Origin: Cyanobacteria bacterium auto_48_18
GTDB lineage: Bacteria; Cyanobacteriota; Vampirovibrionia; Obscuribacterales; Obscuribacteraceae
NCBI GenBank assembly: GCA_036170915.1
Contig: JAVHQC010000035.1
Coordinates: 1-64,000 of the forward strand
Direction: 5' to 3'
DNA: 64,000 nucleotides
Shown one piece after another: positions 25,174 through 36,379 of this stretch. Made by a program: the position numbers and the translations under genes. Every line of letters starts with the position of its first letter. Positions within the stretch are counted from its first letter, which is position 1. The notes under the pieces were generated by a model. It did no database searches and was not told the DNA's origin. It was given only the letters and a program-made list of their open reading frames with translations.

Positions 25174-26922
25174 ATCAGGCTGAGCCATGGCCACGCCGGC
25201 TTCTACCAACACTTCCAGTTTGACCTGAAAATGGTCTTCGAAAAATGCTTTCTTTTCGTTCAGGGCCCAAATTTCAGACTGGCAATGGGTATTGTCGTGT
25301 AAATTCAAAAACAAATTGAGAGTGCGTGAATTTTGAACTTCTTTGCTGGACGGTGCAGCACTGATATTGGTGGGAGAAGCTCCGGCACCAGAAGCACTGA
25401 CAATTACCCGCAAATCTTTGATCACCTGTTTCTGGCTGCGATCGAGGGCCTCTGCAATACGCAAAAATGAGGCCAGATCATAAACAATTTTACGGCCTTC
25501 AAGATCTAAACTGTACCAGGCTTCATGCGTCACCTTAGGTTCAGAGCCACGATGATAGCGAGCGATGCTGGCAATAAGAGCCACTTCTTCTTCGGAGTGT
25601 CCAAGCAGACCAGCATTCTTGATCAAATAGAAAGAATGTTTATGATGTCCGTTGCGACCGATGAACATACCCACGTCGTGCAACATTGATGCCGACCAGA
25701 GCAGGTGTCCGAAATCTTCAGAATGGTTATGGAGAATGCCACGAGTTTGAGTAAAGAGCAGTTGCGAAATAAAGGCCACTTGCTGAGCGTGTTCAAGCGA
25801 ACCACCATATTTTTCGAGCAAGTTATGCACGCTTTTTGACCGGGGATCGCGATGCACGGTCATACCTGCTTCGAGCCAGCCGGTTTGCAAAAAGCGGTCA
25901 ACTACAACACCTTCGCGCAGAGCCGCACCACAAACAGATAACTGTTTAAAGTCGAGTGCACGCATGGTTTCAAGCAGCACAATAGAACCGGCCAGCACCG
26001 TCTCGTTGCGGTCAGCCGAAACTCCTTTGGGTTTTTCACCTTTAAGAGCGGCATTCTCGAGATAGACAACCAGTTCTTTCAGCCGATCAATATCTATAAT
26101 CCAACCGTTCAACTCAGCGTGCGGAGTGCCGCAGCTGACCCGATCTAGCTTAGCCAGGGCTTGAATTGTGCCGGATGTACCAATCAAAGTTTCAAAACCG
26201 CCACTATTGGTAATACCATTAGATGAGGGGCGCAAAACTCCTTTTACTTCGTCGTGTAACTCGCGAATATACTCGCGGGTGACGATTCCTCTTTTAAAAA
26301 ATCTCTGGGTCAGTCTGGCTGCGCCTAATTTATAAGATTCGGCAAAATAAATATGACCGCGGTCACCAACAATGAGCTCGGTACTTCCACCACCAATATC
26401 AACGATACAAAATCGGCCTTTAAGCTTTGTCCGAGATGAATTAAGACTGGAGAGCACTCCTAAATAGATCAGTCGAGCTTCTTCTTTGCCCGAGACCATT
26501 CGGGCATCTACTTTTAATTCCTGGCGAATACGCCGCAGGCATTCCTCACCATTTTTAGACTCACGCACGGCAGAGGTAGCAACCGCCACAACAGTACTGG
26601 CACCGAGCTCTTTGGCTTTCTTGATCATATCGCGCAAAATACGTGAAGCAGCACGCATGGCTGGTTCATCGATATAGTGAGCGGTAAGAGAGCGGCGAAA
26701 AAATGGTACAGCTTCTTTGACTTTTGCCAGCACTTCAAAATGATCTTTATCAGGGCTGGCCTGACAGACAATCATATGAAATGAATTGGTGCCCATATCA
26801 ATGACAGCAATAACTGGGCCACCTTTAACCTTGACCCAAGAATTTTTGCGCTCGACTTGCCGCTCTGAAGCAAGAGTATCTTGCTCGGCACCGGTCTTGG
26901 CAGAATTAGGCTGTACAGTCAT
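25171..26922 (-). CDS. ppx: Exopolyphosphatase / pppGpp phosphohydrolase (Ppx/GppA) with HD domain
   Basis: IDMGTNSFH, ATSAVRE, EEARLIYLG, DIGGGSTE, LREG, LHDVG, HHKHS. Confidence 0.92.
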   Translation of the reverse strand: MTVQPNSAKTGAEQDTLASERQVERKNSWVKVKGGPVIAVIDMGTNSFHMIVCQASPDKDHFEVLAKVKEAVPFFRRSLTAHYIDEPAMRAASRILRDMIKKAKELGASTVVAVATSAVRESKNGEECLRRIRQELKVDARMVSGKEEARLIYLGVLSSLNSSRTKLKGRFCIVDIGGGSTELIVGDRGHIYFAESYKLGAARLTQRFFKRGIVTREYIRELHDEVKGVLRPSSNGITNSGGFETLIGTSGTIQALAKLDRVSCGTPHAELNGWIIDIDRLKELVVYLENAALKGEKPKGVSADRNETVLAGSIVLLETMRALDFKQLSVCGAALREGVVVDRFLQTGWLEAGMTVHRDPRSKSVHNLLEKYGGSLEHAQQVAFISQLLFTQTRGILHNHSEDFGHLLWSASMLHDVGMFIGRNGHHKHSFYLIKNAGLLGHSEEEVALIASIARYHRGSEPKVTHEAWYSLDLEGRKIVYDLASFLRIAEALDRSQKQVIKDLRVIVSASGAGASPTNISAAPSSKEVQNSRTLNLFLNLHDNTHCQSEIWALNEKKAFFEDHFQVKLEVLVEAGVAMAQPD

Positions 26923-26937
26923 AGACTAGTTATACAC

Positions 26938-28419
26938 TCAATTAGACAACTTGCAACTTGCACCCAGGGTTTTAAGCACCGAGAGCGCACAGTCGCTGCC
27001 GTTGGCGACGCAATCAGGCAAGCCCACACCGCTAAAATAGGCACCGCCGAGGTGCAAAGTAGACCCGGCCAGAGCGGCTTCAATTTCCTTTATCAAATTT
27101 TGGTGGCCTAATTGGTACTGAGGCATTGAGTCTACCCAGCGGTGCAGTGCCTGGTACTGTGGCAAGCCTTTAAGACCCAGTAGAAGACGCAGGTCAGCCA
27201 GTGCCATATCAATTAATTGCTGATCGTCGCCAGCAAGTAAATGCGTTTTTTTGATGCCACCCAAAAAAGCACGAATTACAACTTTACCCTCAGGAGCACG
27301 TGGAAATTTTACGCTGGCGAAACTAAAAGCCAGAGAATTGATTTTGTACTTTGTCATCTCCACTTCAGGCACCACCGCGCCAAAGGCGTCAAGGGCATGA
27401 TCGAATTGGCCGCGTTCAAATATAAATGTAGCCACAGCCGATGAGGCAGCCGGAATTTTGCCCAGTGCCATGCTTAGTGGAGCGTTCACTGACTCCAGCA
27501 GAGAGCCGGCCATTTTGGCACTGGTAGTAATCACCAGCTGATCGGCATCAATTTCACTACTTCCAGTTTGACTGTCGGTCAGGGTGACACCATAGGCCTG
27601 CGACTTATGGCTAATTGACAGCACACGAGCATCTAAACGCAAGTCAATATTTGGTTTGTCTAACGCCGCAATCAGCGCATCGACAATTACTGCCATACCC
27701 TGATCAAAACTGGCAAAAAGACCATAGCGCGCACCACTGCTCTGAGAATCAAAATCTGCATCTAAATTTGCTGCGGTCGATTTTGACATTTGTTGGTGGC
27801 GCAGAGCTTTAATCACGCTGCCAGCAGTGCGTTCCATTTCGACAAATCGGGCTGCTGTGTAATCTGCCGAAAGACAGTCGGCATCACCAACATAAATTCC
27901 GGCCACCATCGGCTGGGCCAGGCGGTCAAGCACCTCTTGTCCAAATCTGCGCCGTACAAAAGCGGCCAGACTTTCTTCTCGAACACCACGGCGCCTGGGT
28001 AAAAACAGATCAAATGAGGCCCGCAATTTTCCTGCCAAACTTAAAATCGGGCTGGCGAAAAATGCTCTTAGATTAGCCGGGGCCAGCATAACAAAACCCA
28101 CTGGCAAAGGTACAAGCTTGCCACGATTGACAATTAAAGCCCCGCGATGCTGAGCGTTGACTTCGATGATGCGCTCTTCAATACCCAGTTGCCGCGCTAA
28201 ATCGAGCATAAAAGGTTTATTGGTAATGAAAGAGTCGGGGCCACAATCAATAATGCAACCATCAGTGTGAATGGTTTCAATTACACCACCAAAGCGCGGC
28301 AAACTTTCCAAAAGAGTAATATGCAAATTGCCAGCAGCAAATTCTTTGCTTTGAGAGAGTTTAAAAGCGCAAGTCAGACCAGTGATGCCGCCACCAATAA
28401 TAGTGACTCTATGGCTCAT
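26938..28419 (-). CDS. hemY: HemY-type FAD-dependent (proto/copro)porphyrinogen oxidase
   Basis: IIGGGITGL, GPDSF, P..AGIY.GD, MPQY..GH, GVGLPDC. Overlaps hemE. Confidence 0.92.
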   Translation of the reverse strand: MSHRVTIIGGGITGLTCAFKLSQSKEFAAGNLHITLLESLPRFGGVIETIHTDGCIIDCGPDSFITNKPFMLDLARQLGIEERIIEVNAQHRGALIVNRGKLVPLPVGFVMLAPANLRAFFASPILSLAGKLRASFDLFLPRRRGVREESLAAFVRRRFGQEVLDRLAQPMVAGIYVGDADCLSADYTAARFVEMERTAGSVIKALRHQQMSKSTAANLDADFDSQSSGARYGLFASFDQGMAVIVDALIAALDKPNIDLRLDARVLSISHKSQAYGVTLTDSQTGSSEIDADQLVITTSAKMAGSLLESVNAPLSMALGKIPAASSAVATFIFERGQFDHALDAFGAVVPEVEMTKYKINSLAFSFASVKFPRAPEGKVVIRAFLGGIKKTHLLAGDDQQLIDMALADLRLLLGLKGLPQYQALHRWVDSMPQYQLGHQNLIKEIEAALAGSTLHLGGAYFSGVGLPDCVANGSDCALSVLKTLGASCKLSN

Positions 28420-29467
28420 AACTGAGTGCTTTTCGAGTGGAAAGCTCGTGCACGCTTTCTACCAGGTATTTAACATTATCAACCGGAGTATCTTTGCCGA
28501 TACCATGACCAAGATTGAAAATATGCCCGTTGCGTCCAGCGGCCTGATTCAACACCAGTCTGGTACGCTCGTAAATCAGCTTACGGTCACCAAGCAAGAC
28601 CGTAGGGTCAAGATTTCCTTGCACTGCCTTGTCGCCAATCAACTCCCAGGCAGCAGCCAAGTTCATTCTCCAGTCTACGCCCACTACGTCAGAGCCGGCA
28701 GAAGCGACCAAATCGAGCATGCCACCAGTGGCAGTGCCAAAGTGAATTGTCGGTACCACATTTTTTAAAGCACTGAAGATTCTCGTAGAATGAGGCAAAA
28801 TCAAGGTAGTGTAATCTTCTCGCCCCAGTGTACCGACCCAACTGTCGAAAAGCATTAAACAATTGGCCCCGGCTTTCGCCTGGGCAAGCAAATAATCAAT
28901 AGTGATATCAGTCAACAAAGTCATAAGCTTTTCGAAAGCCTGGGGCTCGAGATACATAAAAGCTTTTGTGCGCTCAAAGTGCCGAGACGAACCACCTTCA
29001 ATCAAATACGAGGCGAGAGTGAAGGGGGCGCCGGCAAAACCTATTAACGGCACCTGCGGCTTTTCCTTAATGAAAAGTTTAATGGCCTCGAGTACATAAC
29101 CAAGACCTTCTTGAACATCGAAAGGCGTCAACTTGTCGACGTCGGCGCTGGAGCGAATAGCGTTATCAATTACTGGGCCATCACCTTGCGCGAAACGCAG
29201 ACCGGCATTGAGACACTGTAGCGGCAAAAGAATATCGGCAAAAATAATGCCGGCATCGACTTTAAGCATTTCAACTGCCATGACCGTCACTTCAGCAGCC
29301 ACTTGAGAATTATGGCAAAGCTCTAAGAAGCTCAATTTCTGCCGAATAGCTCGGTACTCAGGCTGATAACGGCCAGCTTGACGCATTAACCAAACGGGCG
29401 TGCGTTCAACAGGCTCGCAACGCAAAGCCCGCATGAAGATATTTTTTTCTAAGGCCGATTCTTTCAC
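28409..29467 (-). CDS. hemE: Uroporphyrinogen decarboxylase
   Basis: PVWLMRQAGRY, IFADIL, GFAGAPFTLASY, FDSW, QGNLDP, FNLGHG. Confidence 0.97.
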   Translation of the reverse strand: MKESALEKNIFMRALRCEPVERTPVWLMRQAGRYQPEYRAIRQKLSFLELCHNSQVAAEVTVMAVEMLKVDAGIIFADILLPLQCLNAGLRFAQGDGPVIDNAIRSSADVDKLTPFDVQEGLGYVLEAIKLFIKEKPQVPLIGFAGAPFTLASYLIEGGSSRHFERTKAFMYLEPQAFEKLMTLLTDITIDYLLAQAKAGANCLMLFDSWVGTLGREDYTTLILPHSTRIFSALKNVVPTIHFGTATGGMLDLVASAGSDVVGVDWRMNLAAAWELIGDKAVQGNLDPTVLLGDRKLIYERTRLVLNQAAGRNGHIFNLGHGIGKDTPVDNVKYLVESVHELSTRKALSYEP

Positions 29468-29541
29468 TTAAAAGCTAGTATGGAAGTTATATAGCGAAAT
29501 AGTAGCATCGTAGTTAGCTCTCTTACAAAAAGAAGCAGCAA

Positions 29542-30489
29542 ATGGAATCTTCCGTGACAAAACACTATCCGGTAATTATCCTCGGTGCAGGGCCGGCAGG
29601 CGTCTCGGCCGCTCTAACTTTTAAAGAAGCACAAATTCAGGCATTGCTGGTTGAACAACATCCCACTTGCGGAGGTCAACTGGCGACAATTCCTAGCGCC
29701 ATTTCGAACTTTGCCCTGGGTTGGTTTGCCAGTGGCGCAGAAGCTCAATTGCAGCTGCAAGCTGTGCTGGAGAAAAGCAATGTAGCCATGCTGCAAGCTC
29801 AAGTGCACGAGGTGGACGTGGGTCAAAACAGAATGCCTGCAGTAGAACTCGATTGCACAATTGGTATCAATGCAGAAAAAGCGAAACTCAGTTGCGATTA
29901 CCTGATGGTGGCAACAGGTTTGAGTGAGAATAAACTCTCTTTATCGCCAGCCGATCTCAATGAAAAAGTGAAATATCACATTGACGAAAATCTGGAAAGT
30001 AAAACTGTGGCAATTGTGGGGGGAGGAGACAGCGCTCTGCTCAAGGCCATCAAACTGGCAGGTTTGACAAAGAAATTATTTGTCATTCATCGTAGAGAAA
30101 AATTCAATGCCCGGCCCGACTTAATTGAGACCGTGGCTAAATTAGCCAATGTGGAGATACTGCTGTTAAGCGAAATAGTCGCTCTCCAGGGGCACGGCAA
30201 AATTGAATCAATTACGGTAACCAGTGCCGGTGCACTGATAAATTTAAAAGTCGACATTGTACTGGCGAAAGTTGGTTACAGACCCAATTCGGCAGCTTTT
30301 GGCAAAATACTAGCCCTAGACAAATATGGCTATATTGTCGTTGATAGCAAGTTTAAGACCTCTGACCAGCGCATTTTTGCAGCGGGCGATATTACTGCCG
30401 GCACTGTGCCGCGCATCGGCACGGCGGTGGGTCAGGGCATGGCTTGTGCAGCCAGCATGATTGCCGAAATAAATGCTTCACACTCTTAA
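29542..30489 (+). CDS. Thioredoxin-reductase-like FAD/NAD(P) oxidoreductase lacking CxxC
   Basis: GAGPAG, GGQL, ATG, GGGDSA, IHRR, IFAAGD. No CxxC before the NADPH-binding motif. Confidence 0.8.
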   Translation: MESSVTKHYPVIILGAGPAGVSAALTFKEAQIQALLVEQHPTCGGQLATIPSAISNFALGWFASGAEAQLQLQAVLEKSNVAMLQAQVHEVDVGQNRMPAVELDCTIGINAEKAKLSCDYLMVATGLSENKLSLSPADLNEKVKYHIDENLESKTVAIVGGGDSALLKAIKLAGLTKKLFVIHRREKFNARPDLIETVAKLANVEILLLSEIVALQGHGKIESITVTSAGALINLKVDIVLAKVGYRPNSAAFGKILALDKYGYIVVDSKFKTSDQRIFAAGDITAGTVPRIGTAVGQGMACAASMIAEINASHS

Positions 30490-31683
30490 GGCAAAGATTT
30501 TTTCGAGCACTTCAGCTACTACTTGATCAGGAGTTGATGCACCGGATGTGACACCAACTACAACTTCACCACTCACAGGGAAAAACATTTCCTTTACTTG
30601 CGTCTGGTCGCTTTCGAGTGGCTTGTGGCGAATAACGTTACCAGGCCCCAGACAGCCGGGGCCGTCGATATGATAAGAAGGCAAACCGCGCTTGTGCGCT
30701 ATTTCTTGCAGGTGACCAGTGTTGGATGAATTAAAGCCGCCAATCACCAGCATTAAGTCGAGCTTCTCTTCTACCAGTTTAAGCATGGCATCTTGACGTT
30801 CTTGCGTGGCATCACAGATGGTATCGCCAGGGCTGAGAAAATGTTCGTCAATTTTGGCGGGACCATACTTGGCAAGCATTGTTTTTTCAAACAACTTACC
30901 AATTTGCTCAGTTTCACCTTTAAACATAGTGGTTTGATTGGCCACGCCAATTCGAATCAGATCGCTATCAGGGTCGAAATCTGGTGAAAGACCAGCGGCA
31001 AAGCGCGCTAAAAACTCGCTCTTCTGGCCCCCCTCAAGAATGTAATGACATACCCATTCGGCATCTTCTAAACTTTGCAAAATCAAGAAAGTGCCGGCCC
31101 GTGAAGCAGTAGCAACGGTTTCTTCGTGTTTAGGTTTGCCGTGAATCACAGCTGTAAATTCGCTTTTATCGTATTTGACCACCCTGTTCCATACGCGCGA
31201 AACCCAGGGACAAGTAGTGTCTACAATTTCGCAATTGAGCGAATCGAGCGTTTTTAATTCTTCCAAAGACGCACCAAAAGCAGGCAAAATCACCACGTCG
31301 CCAGCACCGATGTGCGATATGTCTTTGTTGCCATCAGGCAAAGTCTCAATAAATCCGATGCCCATATCTTTAAGATTTTGATTGACTACCGGATTGTGAA
31401 TTATTTCATTGGTAATCCAGACACGTCTGTCCGGAAAGTGCTGTTTAGTCTCATAGGCCATCGACACAGCGCGATCTACACCCCAACAAAATCCAAAAGC
31501 TTCGGCCAATTTTATGGTGATGCCATTCACGGTCAATACATTTCCGCCCGCTTTGAGCCTGGCGATCAAATCTGACTCATAGTCTTTTTTCAATTCGACA
31601 TCAACCACGTCTTTCAGACCAAAGCCCTTGCGATGGTATGTAGATGCAGCTTTAGCATTGTGGGGCGGGTTTTCGTTAGTCAT
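30478..31683 (-). CDS. ispH: 4-hydroxy-3-methylbut-2-enyl diphosphate reductase (long cyanobacterial/plastid type)
   Basis: [53 protein letters not shown]. Confidence 0.97.
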   Translation of the reverse strand: MTNENPPHNAKAASTYHRKGFGLKDVVDVELKKDYESDLIARLKAGGNVLTVNGITIKLAEAFGFCWGVDRAVSMAYETKQHFPDRRVWITNEIIHNPVVNQNLKDMGIGFIETLPDGNKDISHIGAGDVVILPAFGASLEELKTLDSLNCEIVDTTCPWVSRVWNRVVKYDKSEFTAVIHGKPKHEETVATASRAGTFLILQSLEDAEWVCHYILEGGQKSEFLARFAAGLSPDFDPDSDLIRIGVANQTTMFKGETEQIGKLFEKTMLAKYGPAKIDEHFLSPGDTICDATQERQDAMLKLVEEKLDLMLVIGGFNSSNTGHLQEIAHKRGLPSYHIDGPGCLGPGNVIRHKPLESDQTQVKEMFFPVSGEVVVGVTSGASTPDQVVAEVLEKIFALRV

Positions 31684-31853
31684 AATTTAGAGATACTTTT
31701 GATGCCTGTTGACCATACAAATCATATAGCCAAACCTCTCGGCAACCATCTTACTGTAGAGTTCATCCTGTTAAACATTTACGATGCTATTATGAACCCA
31801 CTATTCCTAATAGGATGTTTTTGACCGCATATCTTCAGACTGGAGGAAAATTC

Positions 31854-32279
31854 GTGATTAGTTTCAAAGAAACACGCGCTCTGAAATTGGCTCTTTTTGC
31901 CCTTGCAACAGCTTTCGTGGCCAATCCTTTTGTAGTCAATCCGGCCATGGCCGATGACACAAAATCAATGGTTCGTAACACGGTGATGTTACCTGTCAGA
32001 GCCGCTAGTGTAGCCACTGGTCTGGCTGTAGGAATTCCTGTAGCAATTATGCGCCGCTCAGGCAAGAACTGTGTGGAATACAACGAAAGTATGGCCGACA
32101 GCATTGGCGGTCACAAAAGCCTTCCACCAAAGTTCATGGCTGGAGTCTTAAGCGTACCCGCCGGTATAATCGTCGGCACGGGTGAAGGCCTCTATTATGG
32201 CGGCAAAAACGCTTTCAGTAAGAGTGCAGAACACCCATTCAGCCTGGCAACTTTGAGCCTGGATGAAGAGATTGAGTAA
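31854..32279 (+). CDS. Hypothetical secreted/membrane protein
   Basis: GGAGG RBS before GTG at 31854, signal peptide (PAMA-DD), terminator downstream. Confidence 0.65.
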   Translation: MISFKETRALKLALFALATAFVANPFVVNPAMADDTKSMVRNTVMLPVRAASVATGLAVGIPVAIMRRSGKNCVEYNESMADSIGGHKSLPPKFMAGVLSVPAGIIVGTGEGLYYGGKNAFSKSAEHPFSLATLSLDEEIE

Positions 32280-32304
32280 AATCTCGAGACAGTAAACACT
32301 TATT

Positions 32305-32340
32305 AAAAGAAGAGACTGACCATATGTCTCTTCTTTTTTT
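32305..32340 (+). terminator. Rho-independent terminator
   Basis: AAAAGAAGAGAC-TGACCATAT-GTCTCTTCTTTTTTT. Confidence 0.75.
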
Positions 32341-32502
32341 ATCGGCCGTTTTTGCACGCTGCGCTTGACATGTAGAGCTTAGTAATCAGTCTAATCTCTA
32401 GGTTTGGCCAATGAATTGTGGGTATATGAATCTGGGAGTTAGTCCGAGTACAGCGATTAATGAATCGCTGGTGAGAGGTCGGCAAAAACTTGGCCAGGAA
32501 AG

Positions 32503-35500
32503 GTGAGGATGATGAAAAGTATCGATAGGGAGAGAGTTCTGAGGCTAAATTGCCCCGGTTTTGGTGATGAATCTCACCTCAACCTTGGCAGGGCTAAATC
32601 GCTCGACAACTATCAAGTCATTATTGCGAATCCTGTCAGCTTGCTTCATTTATTTGATAAGGGACCAGAACCAACTCGCCGCATTAACCAATTGCTTTCA
32701 GAAGGCGTTAATCAGCTCAATGTTCCTGACGACGCATTGATTCAAGAACTAATCAATGAGTCAGATTCACGCTTGGAGGAGTTGATACCATTTCTCTCCC
32801 AAGGCGGTTTACTAGTTTATTTTCTCTGCAGACCATTTGTTCTAGCTGGTCCGACCATTTCTGTAGACAATTACGATTGGCTATCAGTTTATGCACCAGC
32901 AGTAAAAAGCCCACCAGATAACGGCAGTCGCCAGATGAGTGCTCTGAGCCACGGTAGAGTTGTTGAAACCACCGAAGAGGGTCGCACCTCAGAAATGGCT
33001 GAGTATCTCGACCAGAGCAGCATTGAATGGAACACCATTATCCGCACTGATTTTCTCTCTTCAAATTATTCCGTACTAGCTACCGCTGCGCAAAAGAAAT
33101 GTATCGCCGCTCAATTTTGGGCCGGTGACAATGGTGGCAAAGTTATTTTTCTACCAGCACCATACTCGCCTGATTTCGATCGGGTGCTGATGAATTGTGT
33201 GAACAAATGGTATCAAGACGCAATTATTAAAGGATTTATCAAAGATGACTCGGTGCCTTTCGTGCCGGCAGTCGAACCGGAATCTCAATCTGACAGTCCC
33301 CCTCTCGCTGATAAGGTTCCAACTCAGACTATGGATGAAGCTCGTTTAGAAGAAATCATGGCCAGCCTTGCCTCGCATCATGCCAGCTCGACTGCTGCCG
33401 CCGAAGCAAAGGCAAAAGCACCGGCAGAAAATTCGGAAGAGGCTCAATCAGTGCCGATGCCACCAAAACAGCCACCAAAAGGTGCTCTAAAAGGACTGTT
33501 TTCATCAGACGCCCTAGATCCGTTTGATGACGATGACGAATTTATACCTGCACCGGTTCCTGCACCTGTTTCTGTTGCTGCACCTGCATCAAGCGAGTCG
33601 CCCACCAGAGTGACCGCTGAAGAAATTTTGTCTTCAGTCTCCGCCGAGGCGAACAAAAATCCAGATGCCTTCCAGGAAATGGAGCCTATTCCTCTATATG
33701 ATCCGTCTGGCGAAAGTCAGCCTCAATCAGCTCCAGAGGTTGCATTGGTCAATAATTTCGAATTAAAAAAAGCAACCGCCGCCATGGATCTTTCGCAGTT
33801 TGCTGAGACAGCAAGACAATTAGTGCAGCAAGCAAATGAAATTGAAACCGCCACTCGCGATCCTAATGTCGTAACGACAAGTAATCCCAAGCCAAAAATT
33901 GCAGACATTCTCAAAGGGCTTGAATTTGGCGGCGACAAAGATGACGAACTCGAGCCGACCGCGCCTGAAGTTACCGATGTCGTCTCTACTCCGGTCCAGG
34001 CAGAAGCACCGCCCCCTGTGCCAGAGTATCGCTCTGAACCATCACCTTTTGCATCTGAAGCAGCACGTTTGATGGAGTCGTTGCACTCTGGCAGCGGACT
34101 GAATGAAGGTCTCAATATTGCTGGTTCAGCTCCATCTGCTCCAGCTGCGGCACCGCACCATCAGCCCACCATGGCAGAAATCGAAAGAGCCGAAATTGAA
34201 GCAGCATCAAAAAATCTAGAATCAGTGTTGCGACCAGAAATGGATGCGCCACGCAACTTCTTAGAAACCGGCCGCTATCAGCTCACCGATGAGCCTGTCA
34301 CCAGTATTTCTAAAGAAGAAGTTTCAGTTAGCTCGGAACCGGTGAGTGCACCAGCCGAGCCCGAGATGCCATCCATTTCGGAAAAAGAATTGATTCGTCT
34401 CACCGCCGAGCGCGAAGCAAGAGAAATCGAAGAATTTCGTAAGAGCTTCGAGTTTCTCAAAGAAGAAGATGAGGCCGCTGGAAGTTACCAACCGGAAACC
34501 TTACAGCCTTCCGACAATCCTATTTTTGCCGGCTCAGAAAACTCTGTTTTAGAACCTGCAGCAGCGCCTCAGCAGGCCTTTGCCAATACTTCGAGTAGTG
34601 AATTGCCGGCAGCTAATTCTAATCAGGATCAGCCTCCACCACCTCCAGCGCTCCCTGAACCTGAAATTTATCAAGGCAAAGCACCATTGCCGCCACCAGT
34701 AGAAGAAACGCAAGAACGTTCCAGCTTGCGCTCATTACTGCACACTCTCGGCGCATCGCGACTCGAGCCTCAAGCTTCAGCTAAAAAAGAAGAACCGGCT
34801 CTAGAAACTCATGACTCACTTTCTGCAGTTCCCTCTGCAGCAAGCCACCAGACAGAGAGTCTTGCTGGTAACTCTGCGGCTCCATCTTCAGAGCAGCCCA
34901 TAGAGCAAGTAGCTGAAAAATCAGATCTATCACTGGACCAGCCAGTAGACAGATCTTTAGACAAACCATTAGACAAAATAGCAGACAAGCAAATTGAAAC
35001 AATAGCAGAGGAGCAAGTTGTGAATTCATCCTTTACACCGGTGACCGAAGAGCCAGAAAATAGGACTTCAGAGCGCACCGAGACGCCTACCTATGCCGCA
35101 GCCGAACAACCTGCTCAGACATCAGCACACACTGCAGCCTCAGCCGCAGAAATTTTCCCCGGCCTGCCTCCAGAGCAGAAAATGCCGGCGATGCCGATGC
35201 CAGTTCAAACTGCACCAGATTTATCGACGGCTGTGCCACCACAACCAGTGCCAGCGACACCATTGGCCGCACCGGCAGCAGAGATGCAGCAGTATCAACA
35301 GTTTCAGAACCCCAACCAGCCACCAGCGTCTCAACCGCCAGCAGTTGCACCACCCGCAGCACCATCATTTATGTCGATGCCGGAGACGCCACAACCAAGA
35401 ATGGAACAGCCTCAAGCCCCCCAACCTGATTTAATTAAACAACCAATTCAGCAACCAATTCAACAACCGATGCAAGAGTTCGCACAACACTCTATGCCAG

Positions 35501-36312
35501 AACCAGTCCAACAGCAGATGAGCCAACCTGTTCACGCACACGGCACCAATGGCGATGGCAATGCTCGAGGCATGGATCTCTCGACATTACAGAGTAACGA
35601 CCAGTCAGCACCTCAACCGAAGGAATTGATAAAGAAGATGGAAGAAATGACAAAAACCGCCCCTTCTACATGGTGCGATGAATTTTCCTTCCCATTTATT
35701 GACCTGCTCAAAAATGAACATCAACAGATGGCCGAACAGATTCGCCAGATGCAAACCCGACTTAATTCGGTGGAAGCACGCATCCAAGCTGTAGACACGC
35801 TTAAGGTGATCTTATTGACAGGCGAAGGTGACGCTTTACTTGGTGGTACTCAGGAAGTTTTGACCCGCCTGGGCTGGCAAGTACAACAGTCAAAGAGCAA
35901 CGCCAACGAACTCTGGCTATCACGAGGTGATCAAGTAGAAGCAATTGCGCGAATCGTACATAGCTCGTTAGCTGCTAATCGTACTGAAGTTGCTCAACTG
36001 GCCGAATCGGTTATTGCTTTCTGGGACGAGCACGAAATTGAGCCGAAGGGCATTTTGATTGCTCAAACATGGTCTTCCAAGCATCCATCAGAAAGATCTG
36101 AGCCCGATTTCAGCCCTGCTTTACAAGAATTTGCCGGCAAAAAACATTTGAGCCTGATGTCAACCATGCAATTACTTTCAATGTATAAAGACATTGAATT
36201 GAACACCATGCCGGTTGACGAGATGCGCAAGCGTATGATTGATACCAGCGGCAGACTGCTTGGCTTCCCACTTGATAGCAACGTTGCTCAAGCGGCTACA
36301 GGGGCCAGATAG
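32503..36312 (+). CDS. Large protein: globular N-domain, ~800-aa Pro/Glu/Ala/Gln-rich disordered linker, coiled coil and degenerate restriction-endonuclease-like C-domain
   Basis: 1269-aa ORF. C-terminal LLTGEG..L....L..LGW.V ... QL ... PKGILIA pattern and low-complexity centre. Confidence 0.7.
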   Translation: MRMMKSIDRERVLRLNCPGFGDESHLNLGRAKSLDNYQVIIANPVSLLHLFDKGPEPTRRINQLLSEGVNQLNVPDDALIQELINESDSRLEELIPFLSQGGLLVYFLCRPFVLAGPTISVDNYDWLSVYAPAVKSPPDNGSRQMSALSHGRVVETTEEGRTSEMAEYLDQSSIEWNTIIRTDFLSSNYSVLATAAQKKCIAAQFWAGDNGGKVIFLPAPYSPDFDRVLMNCVNKWYQDAIIKGFIKDDSVPFVPAVEPESQSDSPPLADKVPTQTMDEARLEEIMASLASHHASSTAAAEAKAKAPAENSEEAQSVPMPPKQPPKGALKGLFSSDALDPFDDDDEFIPAPVPAPVSVAAPASSESPTRVTAEEILSSVSAEANKNPDAFQEMEPIPLYDPSGESQPQSAPEVALVNNFELKKATAAMDLSQFAETARQLVQQANEIETATRDPNVVTTSNPKPKIADILKGLEFGGDKDDELEPTAPEVTDVVSTPVQAEAPPPVPEYRSEPSPFASEAARLMESLHSGSGLNEGLNIAGSAPSAPAAAPHHQPTMAEIERAEIEAASKNLESVLRPEMDAPRNFLETGRYQLTDEPVTSISKEEVSVSSEPVSAPAEPEMPSISEKELIRLTAEREAREIEEFRKSFEFLKEEDEAAGSYQPETLQPSDNPIFAGSENSVLEPAAAPQQAFANTSSSELPAANSNQDQPPPPPALPEPEIYQGKAPLPPPVEETQERSSLRSLLHTLGASRLEPQASAKKEEPALETHDSLSAVPSAASHQTESLAGNSAAPSSEQPIEQVAEKSDLSLDQPVDRSLDKPLDKIADKQIETIAEEQVVNSSFTPVTEEPENRTSERTETPTYAAAEQPAQTSAHTAASAAEIFPGLPPEQKMPAMPMPVQTAPDLSTAVPPQPVPATPLAAPAAEMQQYQQFQNPNQPPASQPPAVAPPAAPSFMSMPETPQPRMEQPQAPQPDLIKQPIQQPIQQPMQEFAQHSMPEPVQQQMSQPVHAHGTNGDGNARGMDLSTLQSNDQSAPQPKELIKKMEEMTKTAPSTWCDEFSFPFIDLLKNEHQQMAEQIRQMQTRLNSVEARIQAVDTLKVILLTGEGDALLGGTQEVLTRLGWQVQQSKSNANELWLSRGDQVEAIARIVHSSLAANRTEVAQLAESVIAFWDEHEIEPKGILIAQTWSSKHPSERSEPDFSPALQEFAGKKHLSLMSTMQLLSMYKDIELNTMPVDEMRKRMIDTSGRLLGFPLDSNVAQAATGAR

Positions 36313-36379
36313 GGTCGGTCACTTAAGGTAGTACACTAGTACTCAATTATTTGGTTACAGCGAAAGGGGCGACTTAATT

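Noticed and set aside
32451..32470. Hairpin CAGCGATT-AATG-AATCGCTG upstream of the large gene
   Set aside because: A single short stem with no U-tract or recognisable riboswitch features; not enough to call.
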